A DNA stretch of 64,000 nucleotides from Gemmatimonadota bacterium (GTDB lineage: Bacteria; Gemmatimonadota; Gemmatimonadetes; Longimicrobiales; RSA9). Shown here piece after piece: positions 36,423 to 47,654 of this stretch. The stretch covers positions 31,781 through 95,780 of the forward strand of contig SLCC01000019.1 of assembly GCA_007126035.1 (NCBI GenBank), in the 5' to 3' direction. Position 1 is the stretch's first letter. Each line of letters opens with the position of its first letter. A model generated the notes under the pieces. The model saw only the letters and a list, made by a program, of their open reading frames with translations. It was not told where the DNA came from and did no database searches. A program made the position numbers and the translations under genes.

Positions 36423-37312
36423 GCCGCCTCGATCTCGCCGCGGCTCGCCGCCGCCTGTCGTTGCCGCACCACTTCGGGCACCCAGACGTCGCCCTCGTCT
36501 TCCCGTATCATCATCACCACCAGGAGCAGGAGGGGGAAGATGTAGAGGAGCCCGCCGAAGATCCACATGATGAGCCCGGCCAGCTGCTGGTCGTCCAAGG
36601 CGGAGAGCCCCCAGAGGCGGGGCGCGTTGATGTAGGTCTGGTACCACGGCGTCTGGGCCATGGAGAGGGAGGCGCCGATGACGAACCCGGTGAGCTTCGA
36701 CGGGAACAGATACAGGATGCCGGCGCCGTAGCTCATGCGCCGCGGGCTGCCCGTGGGATGGATCAGGGGCCAGTAGTAGAGGAGGGCGGCGGCCAGGAAG
36801 CAGAAGTGCTCCAGGTCATGGGTGATGGTCCGGCCCTGGGCGGCGTCGTAGAGGGGCGGGTAGTGCCATATCACCACCACCAGGATGAACACGGGCAGCG
36901 CGATGCCGGGCCGCGTCAGGAAGTGGAAGACCCGGTGAACCGGGTTGCTGGGGTGGAGCAGTCGGCCCAGGCGTCGGCGTCCGCCGCGGGGGAAGGCCCA
37001 GAGCATGGGCAGCATGGGCGCTCCCAGGAGGAGCAGGGGCGCCGCGATCATGATCAGCAGCAGGTGCTGGATCATGTGCATGGACATGAGCAGCGAGCCG
37101 AACGTGGCCACCGGAGACAGCAGGGCCACGCCCACTGCCGTGAGGCCGGCGGCGAAGCACCATGCCCGCCAACGTCGCAGGATCCGGCCGCCCCGGCCCC
37201 TCTTCCGGAGGCGGCGCCAGCCCCGGGCGTAGAGGAACGCCGAGAGCGCCAGCCCCACCACCACCTCGGTCTCGAACTGCCAGGACAGCAGGAACGCTCT
37301 CAGATCACCCAT
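36419..37312 (-). CDS. ctaG: cytochrome c oxidase assembly factor CtaG-like (Caa3_CtaG/COG3336) membrane protein
   Basis: MHMIQHLLLIMIAAPLLLLGAP and HDLEHFCFLAAALLYYWPLI motifs across multiple TM helices. Start MGDLRAF at 37312. Confidence 0.7.
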   Translation of the reverse strand: MGDLRAFLLSWQFETEVVVGLALSAFLYARGWRRLRKRGRGGRILRRWRAWCFAAGLTAVGVALLSPVATFGSLLMSMHMIQHLLLIMIAAPLLLLGAPMLPMLWAFPRGGRRRLGRLLHPSNPVHRVFHFLTRPGIALPVFILVVVIWHYPPLYDAAQGRTITHDLEHFCFLAAALLYYWPLIHPTGSPRRMSYGAGILYLFPSKLTGFVIGASLSMAQTPWYQTYINAPRLWGLSALDDQQLAGLIMWIFGGLLYIFPLLLLVVMMIREDEGDVWVPEVVRQRQAAASRGEIEAA

Positions 37313-38921
37313 CGGGCAGCGCCTCGTGCTGGTGTGAGTGATGGTGCCGGCCTTCGCCGTGGTCGTCGGGGCCGGCGGCGTCCGCCGGGCCGTCGTGGTC
37401 GGGCGCGTGGTGCTCGTGGCCGTCATGCCCGGGCATGATGTGGCCGGGCATGTCCATCATCATGCCCCTCATTGCCATGGGTTGGGTCATGATCCAGGCG
37501 CCGGCGCCGGCGAGGAGGACGGCGGTGAGGGCCCATGGTGCGAAGGCCCGTCGCGCGGAGCGGAGCGACGGGAATGTGGCCCTGGCGATGAAGTAGAGCA
37601 GGGCCAGGGAGCCCAGGAGCCCGATCTCCAGGGCGATGAGCTCGAAGGGCAGGAGCCAGTTTGCCGGGACCAGGGGGCCCAGGGACCAGTCCGGGGCCCC
37701 GGCGGCCAGGCCCACGTCGCTGGCGACCCGGTGGAGGACGGGCACCAGGGTCAGGCCGCTGGCCAGGAAGTGGAAGCCATAGTGGGCGATCCACATGGCG
37801 AAGCCGAGGGGGACGAGCCCGTAGGCCATGCGCAGCAGCACGCGGCGGGCGGGCACCGTGTCGCCGCCCAGGCGGCGGCTCATGGCGGTGGTGGCGCCCA
37901 GGAGCAGCGCCGGGATCAGGCCCAGGGTGACGAGCATGAAGATGGTCCAGCCAACGACCCGGGAGCCGCCGCCCACGACGTCGCCGACAACCGCCTGAAG
38001 GTCCTGGGCGGGACCGATCATGCCGGCGGCGTTAACGAAGGCGGCGAAGACCAGGACCATGGCCAGGGCCAGGAGGTCGGCCCGTTCCGCCAGCTTGCCC
38101 ACGCCGGAGCGCCACCGCTCCCGGACCAGCTCCGCCCCGGGTACGCGGGCCACGAGGCCCACGTTGTCGTAGGGGCAGGCCTGCACACAGTCCAGGCAGA
38201 AGGTGCAGTCCATGTTGCCAACCTTCCGGGGCTGGAAGAGCCACAGCTCGCAGCCGGACTGGACCAGCCGCCCGTCCTGGTCATGGCGGCCGGCGATGCA
38301 GTCCTTGGTCTGGCACGTCACGCAGACGGACGCGTCCCTGACGCGGACCTCCCCCGGCGAGGCGAGGCTGTTCACGAAGTTGAACGAGCCGATGGGACAG
38401 ACGTGCTTGCAGAAGGCGGCGCCCTTGAAGAACCCGTCGATCACGAAGGCGGCGGCGAAGTACGCCACCACGAGCCAGGCGGTGAGCCACGGGCTGTCCC
38501 AGAGGTCGAAGGCCTCGTAGCCCCAGAGGAACAGGACCAGGAGCCCCAGCGCCAGCCACTTGGGTCGGAGCGATGTCGGCCAGCTCCGGTCCGCCGGGAG
38601 CAGCTTCTTCGCCAGACGACGGGGCAGCATGAACGGGCATGCCATGCAGAACAGATTGCCCACCAGCAGCAGCGCCAGCACCACGAACCCGCGCCACTGG
38701 ATCCAGGGGCCCACTCCGGCTGCGTTCTCCGGACCGGCGCGGGGGCCGATGAGCCCGTCCGCCACGATGATGGCAGCCAGCAGCAGGAGCGGGAGCTGGA
38801 CCGCCGTACGGGCATGCTTCCAGCGCAGGAACCGGCCCAGCAAGGGCGCCCTGGTCAGGTCGCCCCGGGGCGCTGTCGACTGGAAGACGGGGAGCGTTCT
38901 GGTCTTGGTGCGGGTGGCCAT
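37305..38921 (-). CDS. FixG/CcoG/NapH-like polytopic 4Fe-4S protein with a His/Met-rich C-terminal tail
   Basis: CMACPF, CKHVCPIGSF, CVTCQTKDC and the ferredoxin motif CTFCLDCVQACPY. Tail: MRGMMMDMPGHIMPGHDGHEHHAPDHDG...GRHHHSHQHE. Start MATRTKT at 38921. Confidence 0.7.
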   Translation of the reverse strand: MATRTKTRTLPVFQSTAPRGDLTRAPLLGRFLRWKHARTAVQLPLLLLAAIIVADGLIGPRAGPENAAGVGPWIQWRGFVVLALLLVGNLFCMACPFMLPRRLAKKLLPADRSWPTSLRPKWLALGLLVLFLWGYEAFDLWDSPWLTAWLVVAYFAAAFVIDGFFKGAAFCKHVCPIGSFNFVNSLASPGEVRVRDASVCVTCQTKDCIAGRHDQDGRLVQSGCELWLFQPRKVGNMDCTFCLDCVQACPYDNVGLVARVPGAELVRERWRSGVGKLAERADLLALAMVLVFAAFVNAAGMIGPAQDLQAVVGDVVGGGSRVVGWTIFMLVTLGLIPALLLGATTAMSRRLGGDTVPARRVLLRMAYGLVPLGFAMWIAHYGFHFLASGLTLVPVLHRVASDVGLAAGAPDWSLGPLVPANWLLPFELIALEIGLLGSLALLYFIARATFPSLRSARRAFAPWALTAVLLAGAGAWIMTQPMAMRGMMMDMPGHIMPGHDGHEHHAPDHDGPADAAGPDDHGEGRHHHSHQHEALPDG

Positions 38922-39054
38922 CACGGGCTCAGTGATGCAGCAGACGTACCAGGTGCCGTTCAAGTGAAACGGGGACCCACAAGAATAGCCAAAGGCCGCA
39001 ATGGCGCAAAGTCCTGAAGGTCGTGGAGTGTCCCCTGCTTTGCTCCTGGTCGTT

Positions 39055-40530
39055 TCAGCGCCAGAGGCGGGTGCTGACGAAGGTGGTCCGGCCCGGCCGC
39101 ACGGTGACCGCGCCCAGGTCGGTGCCGGCGCCATCCCCATCGGAGCGGTCCAGTGTCAGGTGGTGGGTCCCGGCGGGCAGGTTGATCCTCATCATGGCAA
39201 CCTCGTCCGGGAGCAGGTGCCATGCCCGGGTATCGGCCCGTTCCGTGGCCAGCGTGCCGAGGTTGGTGAGGAAGCCGGCCACCCGGCCCAGCTCCTCGTC
39301 GCGCTTGCCCAAGGATTCCTCCACGGCGGCCGAGACCACCACCTTGGACGCTGCCCGTGCCACGGTGCGTGCCAGCATGGTGGTGCGCTGGTCGTCGAAG
39401 TCCCGGCGCACTCCTGCTCCCACGTCCAGCCGTGCCACCTCTACCGCCCGCGCGTCGCCGGCCCTGACGCCGACCGGTGCTGCCGTGGGCGGCTCCTGGT
39501 AGAGGACTGGCCATGAGATGCGGAGGAGATAGGGATTGCCCTTCGATTCCTCGTCGTCGTCCTCCCAGGGCTCCAGGTGCAGCCCGGAGCGGTAGCGCCG
39601 GTCGCGATAGAAGTCGCCGGGCCGACCGTACTGGGCCGACTGTGCCGAGGCGGTGAGTAGTATCCTGGCGGCCGCCTCGGTGGCGGCCAGTGCCTTCTCC
39701 CCGGCCGAGCCCTCGGTCAACATGCTGATCTGGGCGGGCGGCAGCACTATGACCACCGATTGCTCCACCCGGTGGGGCACGAAGCCGCGCTCGACCAGTA
39801 CAATCACGTCACCGGTCGCCACCGTGTCCACCTGGTCATGCCGGGTGGCGTCGATACGGGCCGCCTCGCGGTCCCACGGCATGAGGGGTGTGCCGGGAAG
39901 CCCGCCGGCCCGGCGGTAGGCCACGTCCGCCGCCGCCCAGTCTCCGGCGGCCTCGAAGATCGCCCCGGCCAGGTAATGGAGGAACCGGGCGTCTGCGGGC
40001 CGATCGGTGGGCGGGGTCCCGTCGTAGACCTGGTCCAGGAATGCCTCGAGGCGCCGTGCCTCCACGGCGGCGCCGTCCAGGTCTCCTGCGTCCAGGTGGT
40101 TGAGCGCGGCGATGTACGGGATCATGAGCCGCTCGGTGGCTCCGGGCACGTAGGCCAGGGCACGGTCGCTGGTCACGAGGCTGAGCGCTTCTCTGGAAAG
40201 GCTGAGCGTGACCCGGTCCTCGGCCAGATAGGAGGCCACGTCCAGGAGCCGGCTGCTCTCCTGGAACGCGCCGGCGTAGCGGCCCGCTATGCCGCCGTAG
40301 AGGAGTCGGAGCAGGTCGTCATCGGGAAGCGAGCGCCGCCCGTCGATGACGGACTGGTACGCTTTCGACGCCTCGAAGGCGATGGCGCGACGGAAGGCGT
40401 CTTCGTCCCGGGTCAGGCCGCTGGGCGTCAGGTCGTAGCCGCTGAACATGGCGGCGCAACCGGACAGGGGCAGGGCCACGGCCAGCGCCGCCACCCAGCC
40501 CAGCGACCTCCGCCACTCCATGAGGCGCAT
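39055..40530 (-). CDS. hypothetical lipoprotein
   Basis: MRLMEWRRSLGWVAALAVALPLSGC lipobox. No family recognised with confidence. Confidence 0.5.
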   Translation of the reverse strand: MRLMEWRRSLGWVAALAVALPLSGCAAMFSGYDLTPSGLTRDEDAFRRAIAFEASKAYQSVIDGRRSLPDDDLLRLLYGGIAGRYAGAFQESSRLLDVASYLAEDRVTLSLSREALSLVTSDRALAYVPGATERLMIPYIAALNHLDAGDLDGAAVEARRLEAFLDQVYDGTPPTDRPADARFLHYLAGAIFEAAGDWAAADVAYRRAGGLPGTPLMPWDREAARIDATRHDQVDTVATGDVIVLVERGFVPHRVEQSVVIVLPPAQISMLTEGSAGEKALAATEAAARILLTASAQSAQYGRPGDFYRDRRYRSGLHLEPWEDDDEESKGNPYLLRISWPVLYQEPPTAAPVGVRAGDARAVEVARLDVGAGVRRDFDDQRTTMLARTVARAASKVVVSAAVEESLGKRDEELGRVAGFLTNLGTLATERADTRAWHLLPDEVAMMRINLPAGTHHLTLDRSDGDGAGTDLGAVTVRPGRTTFVSTRLWR

Positions 40531-40547
40531 AGCCCACCTGCGTCGGC

Positions 40548-41357
40548 TCAGCGCCGATCCAGGACGACCAGCCGCTCCCTGGCGTACAGCATGGCCTCCG
40601 CCATCCGGGCGTAGACCTCGCCCGTGGCCCGGATCCGGTCCAGCTCGAGCTGGTGGAGGAACAGCCGGTACTGGATCTCCGCCTCGATGGGACGGAGCAT
40701 CTTGTCCAGGGTGGTGGCCACCCGGTAGGTGACCTCCGGGTCCTCGGGCCGCAGCACGTGGGCGCGGTCGTAACGGTTCAGGGCCAGCTCGAACTGACCG
40801 CGGGCGGCCAGGTCGTCGCCCTCCCGCAGCATCATCTCCGCCAGCGCCCTGGCCCGGCCGGCGGTGGTCGCATCTTCCGGCGTGCTCACCAGCCGGATGC
40901 CCTGGGCCTCATCGTAGCTGTAGCTACGGACCTGGCCATCGCCCACATGGACCATGGCGACCTGGGCAATCATGTCGCCGGGCGCATGTCGCGCGCTCCG
41001 GGGGACCATGATGGCCGCGCCGTCCACATGGCGCACCACCCAGGCGTCGGGCGTGGTACGCGTGGCCGCCATGACCTGGACCTCGGTCATCCCCAGCGCC
41101 AGCTCGCCACGGGCGATGGCGGCGCAGATGTCACCGGCGCAGGTGGCCAGCGCTTCGGCGGCGATGGCGTCCCGCTGCTCCTGGAGCATGGCCTGGTACT
41201 CGGCGGCGCCGTGCGCCGCGTCGTCGACCTGGACCTCGGGGACCCGCGTGCCCTGGCCGATGATCGGCCGCTGCTGGACCTGCCGCGTCTGGCAGGCCGC
41301 CACAGAGACGGCGACCAGGGCCAAAATACCGAGCTTCGTCATGGTTCTCATGCTCAC
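40548..41357 (-). CDS. hypothetical lipoprotein with a TPR-like C-terminal region
   Basis: MSMRTMTKLGILALVAVSVAAC lipobox. C-terminal helical repeats (GQFELALNRYDRAHVLRPEDPEVTYRVATTL). Confidence 0.5.
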   Translation of the reverse strand: MSMRTMTKLGILALVAVSVAACQTRQVQQRPIIGQGTRVPEVQVDDAAHGAAEYQAMLQEQRDAIAAEALATCAGDICAAIARGELALGMTEVQVMAATRTTPDAWVVRHVDGAAIMVPRSARHAPGDMIAQVAMVHVGDGQVRSYSYDEAQGIRLVSTPEDATTAGRARALAEMMLREGDDLAARGQFELALNRYDRAHVLRPEDPEVTYRVATTLDKMLRPIEAEIQYRLFLHQLELDRIRATGEVYARMAEAMLYARERLVVLDRR

Positions 41358-41358
41358 C

Positions 41359-41970
41359 TCACCAGCTTACCCGGGAGCGTGTGATGTACTTCTTGATCTG
41401 ATGGTTGCCGGCCCAGACGCGGACGTTGCTCTCCAGGTCCGTGAGCGTGGCGTCGATCTGGTAGTAGACCACCCGCTCCCGTCCCTCCTGGTCCTCGATG
41501 GCCGTGATCTCGCCCTGGAGCATGTAGTTGGCGCCGAGCTCCTGGGCCAGGCGGGCACGGGTCGCGGCGCGAGCATGCTCCTGCTGGTCCATCCGCTCCG
41601 CCCGCAGCTCCTCACGTTCCCCCGCGCTGGCCACCATGGTCACCGCCCCGGAGTTGATCATCGCGCGCTCCAGGTCCGAGATGAACGTGTTCACCGGGAT
41701 GTGCTCGAGTGTGCGGTTGCGGAACGCACCGACGATCACCGCCGGCGGCTCGCCGCCGCGCGCGGCGCTGTGGCGAGACAGCCAAGGCGCGCTCAGCGAT
41801 TGCTCGATGAGGGCGTTGGCCACGAGACGCGAGTCGGTGTCGTTCCAACGGCCGGACAGGTCGGTCACGGCGGCAGGGTCGATCCGGGTGACACGCTTGC
41901 CACAGGCGGTCGCACCTACCGCCAGCAGCGCCAGCACCAGCACGATGATCGCTCTTCCTGAACGGTGCAT
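41359..41970 (-). CDS. lpoB: LpoB-like (COG3417) lipoprotein, putative penicillin-binding-protein activator
   Basis: MHRSGRAIIVLVLALLAVGATAC lipobox. DLSGRWNDTDSRLVANALIEQ, VIVGAFRNRT and YMLQGEITAIED...YQIDATLTDLESN resemble LpoB/YcfM. The track ORF 41359..42546 over-extends through the repeats. Confidence 0.6.
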   Translation of the reverse strand: MHRSGRAIIVLVLALLAVGATACGKRVTRIDPAAVTDLSGRWNDTDSRLVANALIEQSLSAPWLSRHSAARGGEPPAVIVGAFRNRTLEHIPVNTFISDLERAMINSGAVTMVASAGEREELRAERMDQQEHARAATRARLAQELGANYMLQGEITAIEDQEGRERVVYYQIDATLTDLESNVRVWAGNHQIKKYITRSRVSW

Positions 41971-42010
41971 CTCTGCCTCCACGAAAGGTTGGGTATGTGG
42001 TGCTACACGG

Positions 42011-42319
42011 CGCCGGCCGCGATTGTTCGCGGCCGGCGGGCGTGGCCTGTGGCCACGCAGGTGGGCGTGGCCTGTGGCCACGCAGGAGGGCGCGGCCTGA
42101 GCGGCCGCACAGAGGGCGCGGCCTGAGCGGCCACGCAGGAGGGCGTGGCCTGTGGCCACGCAGGAGGGCGCGGCCTGAGCGGCCACGCAGAGGGCGTGGC
42201 CTGTGGCCACGCAGGAGGGCGCGGCCTGAGCGGCCACGCAGAGGGCGTGGCCTGTGGCCACGCAGGAGGGCGCGGCCTGAGCGGCCGCACAGAGGGCGTG
42301 GCCTGTGGCCACGCAAGGG
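42011..42319. repeat. 11-bp GC clamp hairpin followed by 11 directly abutting 25-27-nt hairpin units (types A and B, order AABBABABABA)
   Basis: Clamp: CGCCGGCCGCG-attgtt-CGCGGCCGGCG (42011-42038). A unit: GGGCGTGGCCTGTGGCCACGCAGGA, containing an 8-bp stem GCGTGGCC/GGCCACGC with loop tgt. B unit: GGGCGCGGCCTGAGCGGCC(A/G)C(G/A)CAGA. Units start at 42038, 42063, 42088, 42114, 42141, 42166, 42192, 42217, 42243, 42268 and 42294. The period is exactly 51 nt from 42141 to 42294. Confidence 0.9.
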
Positions 42320-42366
42320 GGCTTGGGCTCTAGCCTCGCAGGGGGTGGGGGGAGTAGCTTGGACGG

Positions 42367-43431
42367 ATGAGTCAGCCAGAGATCACGACGCCGGAAGCTC
42401 TTTCGGGGGATCAGGATGTGGAGCTGTCGCTGCGGCCGCAGCGGTTGGCGGAGTTCATCGGGCAGCCCAAGGTCAAGGAATCGCTGCGTATTGCCATCGA
42501 CGCGGCGAAGGGGCGAGGGGAGCCTCTGGACCACACCCTGTTCCACGGGCCTCCTGGGTTGGGCAAGACCACGCTGGGCATGCTAATGGCTCGGGAGCTG
42601 GGAGTCCAGATCAAGACCACGTCGGGGCCGGTGCTGGAGAAGCCGGCGGACCTGGTGGGGTTGCTGACCAACCTGGACGAAGGGGACATCCTCTTCATCG
42701 ACGAGGTCCACCGGTTGCGGCCCATCATCGAGGAGTTCCTCTACCCGGCCATGGAGGACTACCGGATCGATATCCGGCTGTCCGAGGGGCCCAAGGCCCA
42801 GACCATCAGCATGCCGCTGGAGCGGTTCACCCTGGTGGGAGCCACCACCAGGTTCGGGCTCCTCACGCCGCCCATGAGGGCCCGGTTCGGGATCGTCCAA
42901 CGCCTCAACTACTACGGCGCCGGGGAGCTGATGGACATAGTCGTCCGCAGCGCCGAAATCCTCGACGTGGCCGCCTCGGGGGAGGGGGCGGAGGAGATCG
43001 CCAAACGCTCGCGCGGCACGCCTCGCGTTGCGAACCGGTTGCTCCGGCGCGTCAGGGACTTCGCCCAGGTCAGGGCCGACGGCATCATCACCGGCCAGGT
43101 GGCCGACGACGCGCTACGCATGCTGGACGTCGACGAATATGGCCTGGACGAGATGGATGCCCGGATCCTCAAGACACTCATCGAGAACTTCGAGGGCGGA
43201 CCAGCAGGCCTCAACACCCTGGCCGTGGCCGTGGGCGAGGACGCCGGGACCATCGAAGAGGTCTACGAGCCCTTCCTCATCCAGAACGGCTTCCTCATGC
43301 GAACTCCCCGGGGACGAGTGGCCACGCGCCGCGCCTTCGCACGCTTCGGCTACGCCATGCCCGCCGAGCTGGACGGGCCCGGCCAGATCAATCTCTTCCG
43401 GGGCGACTCCACAGCTCCACCATCGGACTGA
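42367..43431 (+). CDS. ruvB: Holliday junction DNA helicase RuvB
   Basis: [17 protein letters not shown], Walker [11 protein letters not shown], and DEVHRL. Confidence 0.95.
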   Translation: MSQPEITTPEALSGDQDVELSLRPQRLAEFIGQPKVKESLRIAIDAAKGRGEPLDHTLFHGPPGLGKTTLGMLMARELGVQIKTTSGPVLEKPADLVGLLTNLDEGDILFIDEVHRLRPIIEEFLYPAMEDYRIDIRLSEGPKAQTISMPLERFTLVGATTRFGLLTPPMRARFGIVQRLNYYGAGELMDIVVRSAEILDVAASGEGAEEIAKRSRGTPRVANRLLRRVRDFAQVRADGIITGQVADDALRMLDVDEYGLDEMDARILKTLIENFEGGPAGLNTLAVAVGEDAGTIEEVYEPFLIQNGFLMRTPRGRVATRRAFARFGYAMPAELDGPGQINLFRGDSTAPPSD

Positions 43432-43554
43432 CTACTTCCACGTGGAACTGCCTTTCCAGTTCGGCCCCATTGCAAAATGTTGGCACGCAACCGGTTATGG
43501 TGTTGGGTCGTGTTCGGGTTGCTTCGCTGTGGAACCAACGTGCTGAGAGGGAGG

Positions 43555-46159
<2,605 letters not shown>

Positions 46160-46165
46160 CCTCTC

Positions 46166-46705
46166 ATGGCGGTACTCGAGATCAGACTGCTGGGCGATCC
46201 GGTGCTGCGGGAGCGGGCCGCCCACGTCGACGCGGTGGACGACGAGGTCCGGCGTCTGGCCGGCGACATGTTCGACACCATGTACGAAGCGGACGGCGTG
46301 GGTCTGGCCGCGCCACAGGTGGGCATAGCCCGGCGGCTGATCGTGGTTGACTCTCGGGACCCGGACGTGGAGCCGATGGCGGTGATCAATCCGCGGGTGG
46401 TCACCTCCTCGTCAGAGACCGACCGGGCGGAGGAGGGGTGTCTGAGCATCCCTGGCATCCGGGAGGTGGTGGAGCGGCCGGGCCGTGCCGTCATAGAGGG
46501 GCTGGATCTCGAAGGACGGCCGATCCGGGTCGAGGCGAAGGGGCTGCTGGCCAGGATCTTCCAGCACGAGATCGATCATATCGACGGGATCCTTTTTATC
46601 GACCGCATCAGCCCGCTCAAGCGGAGGTTCGCGCTGAGGCGGTGGGACAAGGTGAAGCCGGTGACGGATCACGTGCCGCCCGACGCCACGAAAGGAGGTC
46701 TCTGA
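46166..46705 (+). CDS. def: peptide deformylase
   Basis: GVGLAAPQ, EGCLSIPG and HEIDHIDG motifs. Confidence 0.9.
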   Translation: MAVLEIRLLGDPVLRERAAHVDAVDDEVRRLAGDMFDTMYEADGVGLAAPQVGIARRLIVVDSRDPDVEPMAVINPRVVTSSSETDRAEEGCLSIPGIREVVERPGRAVIEGLDLEGRPIRVEAKGLLARIFQHEIDHIDGILFIDRISPLKRRFALRRWDKVKPVTDHVPPDATKGGL

Positions 46706-46709
46706 AGCG

Positions 46710-47654
46710 GTGAGGATTCTGTTCTGGGGCACTCCCGAGTTCGCCCTGCCGTCGCTGGGCGCCCTGCTGGGGGAAGGTCACGACGTGGTGGGGGTGGTGA
46801 CGCAGCCCGATCGGCCCAGGGGCCGGGGACGAGCGCCGTCGCCCTCGCCGGTCAAGGAGTTCGCCACCACGGAAGGCCTGCCGGTGCTCCAACCGGCGCG
46901 GGCCAGGGACCCGGCCTTCATCGACGTGGCCCGGAAGCTGGAGCCGGAGCTGAACGCGGTCGTCGCCTACGGCCAGATCCTGACCCGTGAGGTCCTGGAC
47001 ATGCCTGGGCAGGGCTCCGTGAACGTCCACGCTTCGTTGCTCCCGGAGCTCCGGGGCGCGGCGCCCATCAACTGGGCCATCATCAGGGGCCACGAGCGGA
47101 CGGGTGTCACCACGATGCGCATGGTGGAGGCGCTGGACGCCGGGCCCGTACTGGCCCAGGTCGAGGAGCCTGTCCTGCCCAGCGAGACGGCCACCGACCT
47201 GACGGTACGCCTCAGCGAGCTGGGCGCCGAGCTGCTCATCGAGACACTGGCGCTCCTCGAGGTGGGGGAGATCGAAGAGATCCCGCAGGACGACTCCCTG
47301 GCCACCTACGCCCCGCGCCTGACCCGGGACGATGCCCACCTGGACTGGGCACAACCGGCCCGGGACGTGGCGAACTGGATCAGGGGTCTGGACGCGGTGC
47401 CCGGCGCATGGTCGGTACTGGGTGACCAGGAGCTGAAGATCTACCGGCCGAAGGTGGCGGAGGAGCTGGAGACGGACGCGGAGCCGGGGACCGTACTGGA
47501 GGTGGCGCCGTCACGGCCCGCTGACGGCATGCTGGTGGCCTGCGGCTCGGGCGCCGTATGGGTCCGGGAGGTAAAGCCGGCGGGGCGGCGTCGCATGACC
47601 ACCGCCGACTGGCTCCGGGGCCGGGGCGCCGACAAGGGGGATCGGCTGACGTGA
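46710..47654 (+). CDS. fmt: methionyl-tRNA formyltransferase
   Basis: RILFWGTPEFALPSL and NVHASLLPELRGAAPI. Follows def. Confidence 0.9.
   Translation: MRILFWGTPEFALPSLGALLGEGHDVVGVVTQPDRPRGRGRAPSPSPVKEFATTEGLPVLQPARARDPAFIDVARKLEPELNAVVAYGQILTREVLDMPGQGSVNVHASLLPELRGAAPINWAIIRGHERTGVTTMRMVEALDAGPVLAQVEEPVLPSETATDLTVRLSELGAELLIETLALLEVGEIEEIPQDDSLATYAPRLTRDDAHLDWAQPARDVANWIRGLDAVPGAWSVLGDQELKIYRPKVAEELETDAEPGTVLEVAPSRPADGMLVACGSGAVWVREVKPAGRRRMTTADWLRGRGADKGDRLT

Noticed and set aside
42038-42319. Could the 25-27-nt repeats be a CRISPR array?
   Set aside because: The units abut one another with no spacers. Two unit types alternate. No cas genes or leader are nearby.
41359-42546. Track ORF (395 aa) extending the LpoB-like gene upstream through the repeats, giving 17-aa repeats CVATGHALCVAAQAAPS (a possible multi-core precursor peptide)
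   Set aside because: A textbook lipoprotein signal peptide begins at the internal Met (41970). The extension would run antisense into ruvB. The repeat region is open in several frames on both strands, as expected for GC-rich repeats. No RBS or start fits a separate peptide gene.
43470-43492. sigma54 promoter (TGGCAC present in ttgcaaaatgttggcacgcaacc)
   Set aside because: TGGCAC is not followed by TTGC at the required 5-nt spacing. The TTGCA lies upstream of it, which is the wrong order, and the reverse strand does not fit either.
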